This document shows positions 9,830 through 18,369 of a stretch of DNA of 64,000 bases, piece after piece. Position numbers and translations under genes: made by a program. The notes beneath the pieces were generated by a model. That model was not told the DNA's origin, ran no database searches, and worked only from the letters and a program-made list of their open reading frames with translations. This DNA comes from a virus (Duplodnaviria > Heunggongvirae > Uroviricota > Caudoviricetes), in IMG/VR virus record IMGVR_UViG_3300021400_000141, positions 128,001 to 192,000 of that record; one strand, 5' to 3'. Numbering within the stretch: the first letter of the stretch is position 1; the number at the start of each line of letters is the position of its first letter.

Positions 9830-10919
9830 TTTTCAACATCTCCTTGTTCTTGGGATTGAACAGCATGCCAACAAAATCCTTAACCACATGTGGGTCTACC
9901 TTTCCGATATTCTTCGTAATTATATCGCCAATAACCTTAACCCCAGGTATTCCTAGGCTTTTCGACAAACCATCAAGAATTTCACTTCCTTCCAATCCAG
10001 TTGCAATATCCGATGCGGTTGTGGCAGTCTTGTCAGGAGAGAAGTATTTACCAAAATCTGGCCAAGGTGGTTCGTCATGCTTTTCAAGCATGCCATCATC
10101 TACGTTGTCATATTCTGGTGTATCTGGTGCTGGGGTAGAGTGACAGCGTTGTACAAACGCCACATACTTCTGGTTTCCTTCATCATCCCAACACCAAGGT
10201 GCAGGACATGGCTTTCCAGTAACATCAAAATGGCGAATAACCTCTTGTATGGTAGGATATTTCTTCAACAGGTAAGCAACCAACTGTGCAGTGTTAGCCA
10301 ATGTAGCTTCGCTCAAAGAAAATCGTCTGTCGTACGGAGATACATCTTTAGGGCGTTTACCATTAAAGTTACTACACATTTCGATTGAGATAGTATTCTT
10401 GTTTGTTGCTGTTCTGTACAGTCGAGCTGGGTTTGGTATTTTAGCTGTTTTTATATAGTTGTCAAGTTCTTCTTTAGAATTCACTCCGATAGCATGACAG
10501 TTATAATTATCCAAATCAGGATTAAACTGATAGATTTCACCATCGTCAACGATGAAATCAGATGAGCAGTTGCCACGAAACTTCGTTTTCGTCGCCTCGC
10601 CTGGTGCAGAAGAATTGCCGGCAGTGTAGTGCAAAGCTATGTATTTTATCACCCTGTTCTTTGCAGGCGTCAGATTGATAGGACTAATGTTCCTTTTTAT
10701 ACGAAATTTCCCGTCTTCGGATTCGATTATATTAGGTTCCTTCTTGTCATCCTTCTTGTCCTCTTTCTTATAGTCCTTCTTTTCTTCCTTTTTCTCCTCT
10801 TTCTTTTCCTTTGCCTCATCGGATTCAAACAAGGTACGATACAGGGATATGATGGCATCCTTCCTTATGTCATCCAATCCTTGGTAACTATTTACGGACT
10901 CTACGAAGATATCTTTCAT
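9813..10919 (-). CDS. N-acetylmuramoyl-L-alanine amidase (Amidase_2) with N-terminal leader
   Basis: IALHYTAG, CHAIG, NKNTISIEMC and IRHFDVTGKPCP Zn-amidase motifs. Confidence 0.88.
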   Translation of the reverse strand: MKDIFVESVNSYQGLDDIRKDAIISLYRTLFESDEAKEKKEEKKEEKKDYKKEDKKDDKKEPNIIESEDGKFRIKRNISPINLTPAKNRVIKYIALHYTAGNSSAPGEATKTKFRGNCSSDFIVDDGEIYQFNPDLDNYNCHAIGVNSKEELDNYIKTAKIPNPARLYRTATNKNTISIEMCSNFNGKRPKDVSPYDRRFSLSEATLANTAQLVAYLLKKYPTIQEVIRHFDVTGKPCPAPWCWDDEGNQKYVAFVQRCHSTPAPDTPEYDNVDDGMLEKHDEPPWPDFGKYFSPDKTATTASDIATGLEGSEILDGLSKSLGIPGVKVIGDIITKNIGKVDPHVVKDFVGMLFNPKNKEMLKNVLNK

Positions 10920-10944
10920 TGCGGTGCACCATGTATTTCAGAAA

Positions 10945-10953
10945 TAGTTTATA
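10945..10953 (-). promoter_or_regulatory. late promoter TATAAACTA
   Basis: Exact motif, about 25 nt upstream of the amidase; divergent pair. Confidence 0.75.
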
Positions 10954-11005
10954 ATGTGGATGCACGCAAAATGCCGCTTTACCGCTAATTTCGTTGGTTA
11001 AACAT

Positions 11006-11014
11006 TATAAACTA
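11006..11014 (+). promoter_or_regulatory. late promoter TATAAACTA
   Basis: Exact motif; divergent pair. Confidence 0.75.
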
Positions 11015-11054
11015 TTTGCATAACAATGTTGGCAATTGCCATATAGGTATGATT

Positions 11055-11816
11055 ATGGATATGTTTGATATTCCGACAGAGAAAGAACTTCTTGGCCAAG
11101 TGAAGGCTCACTTGGAGACTAAGAAGCCCGTTAAATCGCTCGACGTGAACGAAGTGTTCCCGTTCTGGAACGCCGCTTCCGTTTCCGCAGCAGAAACCGA
11201 TTCCATGCGTAAGCCGTCCAAGAAGGGTCTGGTGATGCCGAACGACAAGGTTGGTTCCATCCAGCCTATCAAGACCATCAAGGAATGGAAGGCAGAACGC
11301 ATCAAGGGTCACAAGGAAACCACGAGCGAAGCCCAGAAGGAACCCGAAGTAAAGAAGACTGCACAGATGGAAGCCGCAAGCGGAACTCCTAAGTTCAAGC
11401 CTGTCGATGCAACCATCGATACGACCTACACCGTCAAGGGCGGTCCAGTCGTTAAGGGCAAGTCTCTTGTTGGTTCAATCAAGCCAATCAAGGCAGGTCA
11501 GTCTATCTCCATTAGCGATATGAAGACTCTTATCGCTGACATCAGGAAGAACAACCGCCTTCCGAACAACGTCGGAATTGTAAAGCCGCAGACGAAGCCT
11601 ACGCTCAAGGTCGGTGGCCGTGACGACTTCGGTGTTGTGACAAGCGACAAGCCGATGAAGAACCCTGAACCGAAGGCATACGCAAAGTATACCGAAAAGG
11701 ACATGGACGGCAAGAAGACGGAAAAGCTTGTTGAACTCGGTAAGCCCGAGTACAAGAAGGAACCTCCGAAAACTTCGAAGGCCGACCTCGTCGGTGTTGT
11801 TAAGGTCAAGAAGTAA
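11055..11816 (+). CDS. Lys/Pro-rich late hypothetical protein
   Basis: Phage-like codon usage; follows a late promoter; internal repeat VGSIQPIK/VGSIKPIK. Confidence 0.7.
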   Translation: MDMFDIPTEKELLGQVKAHLETKKPVKSLDVNEVFPFWNAASVSAAETDSMRKPSKKGLVMPNDKVGSIQPIKTIKEWKAERIKGHKETTSEAQKEPEVKKTAQMEAASGTPKFKPVDATIDTTYTVKGGPVVKGKSLVGSIKPIKAGQSISISDMKTLIADIRKNNRLPNNVGIVKPQTKPTLKVGGRDDFGVVTSDKPMKNPEPKAYAKYTEKDMDGKKTEKLVELGKPEYKKEPPKTSKADLVGVVKVKK

Positions 11817-11819
11817 GCT

Positions 11820-12545
11820 ATGACGGAAAAAATGCCTATATACACTCCCCGAACAGTCAGGGAGTTGCATCGTAACCTTGTACGAAACCCGGTGCCTGTG
11901 CACCAGGGTTTCATCAGGTGCCGTATAGGCGACCTCCCCGTATCTTACGACCCCGACTACGACGGGAAACATCACGTAGATGACGTTACAAAGGCACATA
12001 CCGCACCTCCTCCTGAGACGGTCAACGCAAACATTGACAACTTTACTGCACCTGGCCTGACGTTGAACTATGCCAAGGAAAGCCATTACAAGTTCACTGT
12101 TTACATACCGACCACGGAAGACAACGAATACAATGACTCTATTTCGATAATTATGTACTGTGACGACTACTACGAGAACTACTGGGCACTTCACCGCTAC
12201 ATGGAAACCATCCAGAGCGGCCAGACGGACGCATTCCCTATACGAGACCACAACCATAGGGTTTACGGTTTCGACCACAGGTACAGGAACCGTCTGATGT
12301 ACATCCCTCACATCGATTTCCATTTCGGTGATGACAGGGCACAACATCACATGATTGTCCGTTACTACCGCTGCTTCCCGACAAGTATCAGTGCTCTGAC
12401 GGTAACCCCAGGTAGTGCACAGGCGTTGAAGTTCACCATGTCGTTCAATTACCAGATTAAGAGGATTATCCGCCTCCCAGACCCCAACTCGCTTATGTCA
12501 GCCATATGTGTAGTTACTGGTGGAGAAAACAGTAACTCATACTAG
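11820..12545 (+). CDS. gp3: tail completion / tube terminator, T4 gp3-like
   Basis: NIDNFTAPGLTL...EYNDSISIIMYCDDYYENYWALHRYM...CFPTSISAL...FTMSFNY follows the gp3/gp19 tube fold pattern. Confidence 0.65.
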   Translation: MTEKMPIYTPRTVRELHRNLVRNPVPVHQGFIRCRIGDLPVSYDPDYDGKHHVDDVTKAHTAPPPETVNANIDNFTAPGLTLNYAKESHYKFTVYIPTTEDNEYNDSISIIMYCDDYYENYWALHRYMETIQSGQTDAFPIRDHNHRVYGFDHRYRNRLMYIPHIDFHFGDDRAQHHMIVRYYRCFPTSISALTVTPGSAQALKFTMSFNYQIKRIIRLPDPNSLMSAICVVTGGENSNSY

Positions 12546-12553
12546 GAGCATTT

Positions 12554-13600
12554 ATGGCAAGCACACCGTCAACACCATTTAACCAAGTCACACACGTAGT
12601 CCCCGTGATGCACAATACGGAGCGTCCATCGGATAGCTACCTTCAAGACTACTTTACCCGTGCAGAAGGATTTGTCCCTAACAAGTTCCATATAGGGTTC
12701 AGTGGTGAATATGTGGAAAAGGCGTTGACCATAATGCAAATTAACTGTGCTGGCGACAAATACACTCACGCACCAAAGCTGTTCAACGGCTCTGCTTACT
12801 TGATGAAAAAGTTCAGTAATTTCATCGAGGAACATTGGGATAATGAAAAGCGTATCCTTAACATGTTGTGGAACTGCAAGTCTGTCACTCTGCCTAAGCC
12901 GACGCTTGCTTTGGAAACAATAGACTCTCTGGACAGCATGAAGGACTTGACCTTCCAGATGCCAAAGAAAGTTCAACCAGGAGAGCTAACACTTACAGTA
13001 GTGGAGAGTCAGTACCTGATGTGGTTTAACTTCTTCAATGCAATGTTCAACTCGCAGATTTCTCCGCTTGTCCTGCGTCCTAAGTCTGGCTTCCACAAGA
13101 TAGATATATCGGTAGAACTTCTGAATGGTGCTACTGCAAACGACTGGGCAGTTGACCTGAATAAAGCCGTATTGGCATCGAAAGCACCATGGGTTACTTA
13201 TTCCCCAGGAACAAGAACAAACCTGGACGTTATTCAGATGTCTGAATATAATTCAGTCGTACTCACCTCTGCACCGACCATAGACCCAAACAACAGCTCT
13301 ATGGATTTGGCAACATTCAACGTCACCTTCAAGGTTCCGAACACACTCAACGGAACTTTCAAAAAGAGCGACCGTGGCTTGCATGATAACACGACAGTAA
13401 CACAGGCAACTGTAGGCTCAACCGAAACTACACTGGACTACAACCTTAGGTTCTGGGAAAGAGACAGGGGTACAATGGTTGGAACAAAAAACAACTTTGA
13501 ATCCCTTAGCCCAAAGGATGAAGTCGAGTTCAACCAGAGGTTCAAGAAGCGCAGGGGCTTTATTCCGGCCATGCCAGACGAGACGAGCAAAAAGAAATAA
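12554..13600 (+). CDS. baseplate-tail tube junction protein, gp54-like
   Basis: PNKFHIGF, CKSVTLPKPTL, GELTLTVVE...FNFFNAM tube-fold motifs. Confidence 0.55.
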   Translation: MASTPSTPFNQVTHVVPVMHNTERPSDSYLQDYFTRAEGFVPNKFHIGFSGEYVEKALTIMQINCAGDKYTHAPKLFNGSAYLMKKFSNFIEEHWDNEKRILNMLWNCKSVTLPKPTLALETIDSLDSMKDLTFQMPKKVQPGELTLTVVESQYLMWFNFFNAMFNSQISPLVLRPKSGFHKIDISVELLNGATANDWAVDLNKAVLASKAPWVTYSPGTRTNLDVIQMSEYNSVVLTSAPTIDPNNSSMDLATFNVTFKVPNTLNGTFKKSDRGLHDNTTVTQATVGSTETTLDYNLRFWERDRGTMVGTKNNFESLSPKDEVEFNQRFKKRRGFIPAMPDETSKKK

Positions 13601-13602
13601 CG

Positions 13603-14661
13603 CTACTTTATAAGCGTAGTTATTTTCTGCTGTAAATTCAATGTCTTGAAGTTTCCGAATAGAGGAAGCAGCTTAGAGTACGCATCGTAAATTCTGAGGT
13701 TATTCTTCGTCATCGGAATATCAGATGTAGGAACATCTATAATGGACATCAACTTCTTGGAATAAAGTTTTCGAACATCGTTTCCGTACTTGCATATACC
13801 CCAATGAGCCAATGTCGGGGTACGTATAATACCGTTGTCAAAATCGTTTGCAAATATGGACGGCAGCTCGCAACGCACAGCAGACATCACACAGCGGTCG
13901 AAAATACCGCTACGGTAGCCTAGGTAATGGTCAACTCGGTTATCCATGAACGTCACATACTCGATTGAACGGTCAGTAAGGAAACGGACGCAATCTTCCT
14001 TGGTTGCGGCGTATACTGGAATCTTGTCCTTTTTCAATATACGCTTGCAGATTTCATTATAGCTAATTCTCGGCTTGTACCACAGGTTGATTCCTTCCGA
14101 TTCAATCTGGTTCAGGTTGAACTCGTACAGGTAACCATTGAGCGTCACATTGCTCGTAGGAATGTCAGCCCACCTTGTATTGCTGACGTTGCGGATTATG
14201 CTGTCAACGAACCATTTCGGAAGATACTGCTTAAACATGGTTATCAGTCTGGTCGGCGAGTTTGACATGTCCTTTAAGATTGCCTGAACATGCTCGTCCA
14301 GATACCCGTCACGGACAGCCTTCCACTCCTCGATGTCGTCGAAACTGAGCTTGTTGAAAGGGAGCGTTATCAACCCGTTATGGCTGTTCTTGAACTTCAG
14401 TTTTTCGTACGGTATATACAGGTAGTCACAGCCATGGAATTCATCAAATTCAAGGTCAGGGAGGATTACGCTAAGTCGCTTTGCATCGTCATACGAGATG
14501 AAGTCATTGTACTTGTCGAGAGGTTCACCAAGGGTTCCCGTGTTGTAGAACACCACTTCGTTCTCTACGTTCTGTGCCTGGTTGTGGGCTTCTATAACGG
14601 AGTCCAGTGTATAACCGACAACTATCCTTTTTATGCTATGTTCTTTAATGTCCGTCATCAT
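13603..14661 (-). CDS. degenerate UDP-galactopyranose mutase (Glf)-like protein
   Basis: GLITLPFN, WYKPRISYNEICKRIL and VDHYLGYRSGIFDR resemble Glf motifs, but the GxGxxG loop is replaced by VGYTLDS. Confidence 0.5.
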   Translation of the reverse strand: MMTDIKEHSIKRIVVGYTLDSVIEAHNQAQNVENEVVFYNTGTLGEPLDKYNDFISYDDAKRLSVILPDLEFDEFHGCDYLYIPYEKLKFKNSHNGLITLPFNKLSFDDIEEWKAVRDGYLDEHVQAILKDMSNSPTRLITMFKQYLPKWFVDSIIRNVSNTRWADIPTSNVTLNGYLYEFNLNQIESEGINLWYKPRISYNEICKRILKKDKIPVYAATKEDCVRFLTDRSIEYVTFMDNRVDHYLGYRSGIFDRCVMSAVRCELPSIFANDFDNGIIRTPTLAHWGICKYGNDVRKLYSKKLMSIIDVPTSDIPMTKNNLRIYDAYSKLLPLFGNFKTLNLQQKITTLIK

Positions 14662-15110
14662 TGCTCCTTCATCGTAGACAAGACTTTCTTCATGCCCATA
14701 TTCTTCTGTATGTACGGGTAAATGTGTTTGTCCAGCCAGTTGCTGTCTGGAAGGCCAGTGAATATGTCAAAAATCTTACCGTCAGGCTCGCAGAATATGT
14801 GCATCGGTTTCAGGGTTAGACCAAGCGAAGTGTATATCTTGCACTTTTCAGGCTCTGGTTCGACCACAATCTTGACCATATTGTTCGAACTGTCCAGCAA
14901 CCCCTTCTTGTAGAACCAGTCGTGAATGTCCGCCAACGATGACCTGCACTTGGGACAATCGTTAGACCCGTCATAGAAGATAAACATCCACATCAGAGTG
15001 TTTCTGTCGGCAAACTCGGAAAAGCATTCGTTACCAAAGTCTACCAGACGCTGGGACAATGGCTTATACAGGCCGACATCGAACTTTCCATCACAACAAA
15101 GCTTACCCAT
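14658..15110 (-). CDS. thioredoxin-like protein
   Basis: FIFY...CPKC active-site-like motif; PMHIFCEPDGK. Confidence 0.7.
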   Translation of the reverse strand: MGKLCCDGKFDVGLYKPLSQRLVDFGNECFSEFADRNTLMWMFIFYDGSNDCPKCRSSLADIHDWFYKKGLLDSSNNMVKIVVEPEPEKCKIYTSLGLTLKPMHIFCEPDGKIFDIFTGLPDSNWLDKHIYPYIQKNMGMKKVLSTMKEQ

Positions 15111-15137
15111 AGGTGCATACAGCTACTTTACAATGGA

Positions 15138-15151
15138 TAAAATACATTTTT
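15138..15151 (-). promoter_or_regulatory. AAAAATGTATTTTA motif (putative middle promoter)
   Basis: About 28 nt upstream of the thioredoxin start. Confidence 0.6.
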
Positions 15152-16461
15152 TACACTTTCTTCGCCGCGTCGTTGTACTCAGGGAATTTGATTTTTGCGA
15201 TTTCGTCCTCGACTTCCTTTGGATGTCCATACAGAAGGTTTGGGGAGCCAAGGGTAACTACGGTGATTAGGGAGTCTTCTGAGGTGCTTGGGCCATTACG
15301 CATCACGTCGTTTTTAATTATCTGTTTTCCAAGGACAATATACTCGTCACAATAGATATTGTCAGGGGCGGAGAAATCGTCCCTCAACTCCTTGGACTTG
15401 GCATACACATAGACACTAGAGCCTACATCGGGCCCCATGAGGTTGACCAATGTTATGTTCATCTTTTTGCCAAGGCTTGCAATATATCTGCGACGGATAA
15501 AAGGAGATATCTGGTACATGTTGTGTGTGTTTACCGTACAGTCTCGAATCATGTACGCATCGCCGAAACTATACCCAGCGGGACCAAACGCATTGTCTAT
15601 TTCTTCCTGATTGGTATATCCAGCCCCCTTCAGGAGCTTGCTGAAACATGGGTTGTCACATAGGCCAATGTCAGGCTTATTGTCCGTAAGTGTCATGTAA
15701 GTAATGTGCGGGAACAAGTCCTTCTTGTTCTTGCCAGCATCGCTCCATCTAGTGTCCGTGGTGTAGAACCAAGTGACATACCCAGAGTCCGAATCCTCGA
15801 ACATAGAAGCATTGCCGCCTCGCTGTGCGTTCACGTAGAACATGAACATCTGGTGCTTATAGTATTCCTTGGAACGGTTAATGCTAGATACTACATAGTT
15901 GCACTTCTCGGTGGAGAATGTGTAATATACGTAGTCGCCTTCCAAGAAGGAATGCTCTACAATATCGTTCAGCGTCTGTTCCATGTCCGCCTTGACAACA
16001 ATCCAGTTCATCATGTCGCCAGTGCTCTTAGGCGGGACGACGATTACTGGCTCGTCAATCTGACGATGCTTGAATACCTGCTGCATTGTTTCGGTTGACG
16101 TACCATATTTCTGGAACGTCCTTGTATCCATAGTTTCGAAGGCGCCTAGACGGAAAGAAATTGTCTGGAAACTATTGTTCGTACCAGACACAACCTGGAT
16201 TGGAGATGTTTCCATAACAACAAAGGTCAACGGCGTGTTGTCCAATTTCTGACTTCCCGTATTGTTGAATTTCATTATGCCGTATTCACCAGTATGAATG
16301 ATTGCATTAGCATCATCTACGTTCTGTATATTTGCAATTCCGTACGGAACACCGTTCAATGGAATGTTAAGACAGAACTTCAATATAAGGGAATTAGGGT
16401 AGACTCTTCCCATTAGGTAGATTTCTACCGAGGCGTTGTCTATGTTATCTATATTAAGCAT
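15151..16461 (-). CDS. probable baseplate hub protein, gp27-like
   Basis: Size, beta-rich composition and position after gp53-like and gp48-like genes in a late operon. Confidence 0.45.
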   Translation of the reverse strand: MLNIDNIDNASVEIYLMGRVYPNSLILKFCLNIPLNGVPYGIANIQNVDDANAIIHTGEYGIMKFNNTGSQKLDNTPLTFVVMETSPIQVVSGTNNSFQTISFRLGAFETMDTRTFQKYGTSTETMQQVFKHRQIDEPVIVVPPKSTGDMMNWIVVKADMEQTLNDIVEHSFLEGDYVYYTFSTEKCNYVVSSINRSKEYYKHQMFMFYVNAQRGGNASMFEDSDSGYVTWFYTTDTRWSDAGKNKKDLFPHITYMTLTDNKPDIGLCDNPCFSKLLKGAGYTNQEEIDNAFGPAGYSFGDAYMIRDCTVNTHNMYQISPFIRRRYIASLGKKMNITLVNLMGPDVGSSVYVYAKSKELRDDFSAPDNIYCDEYIVLGKQIIKNDVMRNGPSTSEDSLITVVTLGSPNLLYGHPKEVEDEIAKIKFPEYNDAAKKV

Positions 16462-16471
16462 GAATGCCTAC

Positions 16472-16903
16472 CTATCGAATGTTTGTATCGTATTTTGACA
16501 ACCAGTTCAACGAATCGTTGAGCTGCGGGACAATGACAGCTTTACCGACGGTAACCTCGCTTACCACACCGTTAAATAGGTTGTTGTAATGCAGCCAATA
16601 CTCTGGTGTCACTTCAAGCTCATCCAGCATCTTCTTGTATTCTGCCTCCAACTGCTCTCCACGATAACCTTTCATGTACAACTCGTTGTACACGCTTTCT
16701 TCAAATATACGAACAGCATCACGACACGGCAACGGATTACGGATATGGTTAGCCGCACAGAACACTTTACACATTCTGCTGCTTCCCATGGTGCGTCGAG
16801 CTATAACATCGGGACGGCCTTGTTCATAACCCTGAACATTATCCAAGGTCAACATGGAAAGTTCGTCATCCCTAAATCTAGGGTAATTCATTTCATCAGC
16901 CAT
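16472..16903 (-). CDS. gp53: baseplate wedge protein, gp53-like (LysM-related)
   Basis: GRPDVIARRTMGSSRMCKVFCAANHIRNP matches the RPD-I-x-YG...N-I-NP pattern. Confidence 0.7.
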   Translation of the reverse strand: MADEMNYPRFRDDELSMLTLDNVQGYEQGRPDVIARRTMGSSRMCKVFCAANHIRNPLPCRDAVRIFEESVYNELYMKGYRGEQLEAEYKKMLDELEVTPEYWLHYNNLFNGVVSEVTVGKAVIVPQLNDSLNWLSKYDTNIR

Positions 16904-16911
16904 ATCAACCT

Positions 16912-18366
16912 CTACTTCTTAGCCTTATCCGAATCCTTCTGAGGAATAGGATAGAACAAGTTATCACCAATAAGGTGTATGAAGTCATGGTTCGGACCAG
17001 GAGTCATCCACGGCTTCAACGTAACAGTAACTTTCATTGTGACAGGAATGCTTGCACCAATGCTGTTTATAAACAATTCTTCCGAAGGAGTGATGCTGAC
17101 ATTTTCAATAACCATCGGTTCTACATCAAGAATGTTTCCTATAGTAAGTCTGACTGGGTTCGGCACAAGGACGAAATTCGCTCCCATGAAAGTGCTTCCC
17201 TCCATATAAGCTTCCAATACCTTAGTGATAACCACATTCATTCCATCAACAAGGTTTTGCTTATTGGCATCCGAGAACCTACCATTTTCTTGCATTTCCT
17301 TTGCATTGTTGTCAAATGTGTCACCAAGCGATTTTGCCATATCACTGACATATTTTGCAATCGTGTTACCAATGCTGACACCAGTGCCTGCGGCATCAAC
17401 AACACCATCGCTAGCCTGTCCGTTATTGGTTTCTACCAACTGACGAAGACCAGGTATTTCCATCACATTGGCCTCGGCAACATTAAAGATGGCTTCACCA
17501 GCATCTACCCAAGCGGTGGCAACACCGCTCAACGAATCCTTCAAGTTCTTTGCGTTGATAAACGACTGTTGCATGCCAGAATTTGTTGCCGCCTTCAAGT
17601 TATCGTAAAAATCGCTCTTGTTAGTGTATGCCTTCCTTACATATGCGAGCTGCAAAAGCCTGTGTATAGACAGACGGAACAAGTCCTCCTGTTCTGGCAT
17701 ATACCATGTAAATGTCAGTTTTGCAGGGATTTCCATGCTAGCACCACCATATTTTTTCAATGTAGATGCACCAGTAGAAGTTGACTCCATTCCAAACGTT
17801 TCCATCGAAGAACCAAGCTTATCGCCTATACCCCCAACGAATGATGCAACTTTATCTACAAAAGATTTTCCCTTTGAGGTGTCTTTCGATATGAAAGATG
17901 CAAGCGCTCCTGCTGCTGTGCCAAATCCAAATCCAGTTGCATTATGCCCACCAAAAGCCTCACCTATGGTTTCACCGACGTTGGCTCCCAACGGCATGGC
18001 AACTGCTGGTGATTTCAAGATTTCTACTGCACGTTCAAACGATTCTTTTGGGTTTTGCTTATCCCAATTGCTATTGAAAGAGATAGTCAATGCCTTCAAA
18101 TCATTTGGTGTCAAAATTCCATAGAAAGGCTTGAACGCATCTGGGTTCATGGCGTATGCGATACGCAGTTTCAGTGCATCGGCTGCGGCATGAACAGGTC
18201 CAAGGAACGCTTGACGTGCGGCAGGACCAAGCGGTTCAATTCTAACTACGTTAGGGTTCAACTCGTGCAAGGAATTACGGATAATTCCTTGTGCATCCTT
18301 TACGTAACTTTCCTTGATGCCGTAACGGGTTCTTTTCCCGAATATGCCTTTCTCATTGTCCGCCAT
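16912..18366 (-). CDS. baseplate tail-tube cap, gp48-like
   Basis: LTFTWYMP...PNPVRLTIGN...VIENVSIT...PVTMKVTVTLK tube-fold motifs. Confidence 0.55.
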   Translation of the reverse strand: MADNEKGIFGKRTRYGIKESYVKDAQGIIRNSLHELNPNVVRIEPLGPAARQAFLGPVHAAADALKLRIAYAMNPDAFKPFYGILTPNDLKALTISFNSNWDKQNPKESFERAVEILKSPAVAMPLGANVGETIGEAFGGHNATGFGFGTAAGALASFISKDTSKGKSFVDKVASFVGGIGDKLGSSMETFGMESTSTGASTLKKYGGASMEIPAKLTFTWYMPEQEDLFRLSIHRLLQLAYVRKAYTNKSDFYDNLKAATNSGMQQSFINAKNLKDSLSGVATAWVDAGEAIFNVAEANVMEIPGLRQLVETNNGQASDGVVDAAGTGVSIGNTIAKYVSDMAKSLGDTFDNNAKEMQENGRFSDANKQNLVDGMNVVITKVLEAYMEGSTFMGANFVLVPNPVRLTIGNILDVEPMVIENVSITPSEELFINSIGASIPVTMKVTVTLKPWMTPGPNHDFIHLIGDNLFYPIPQKDSDKAKK

Positions 18367-18369
18367 ATA

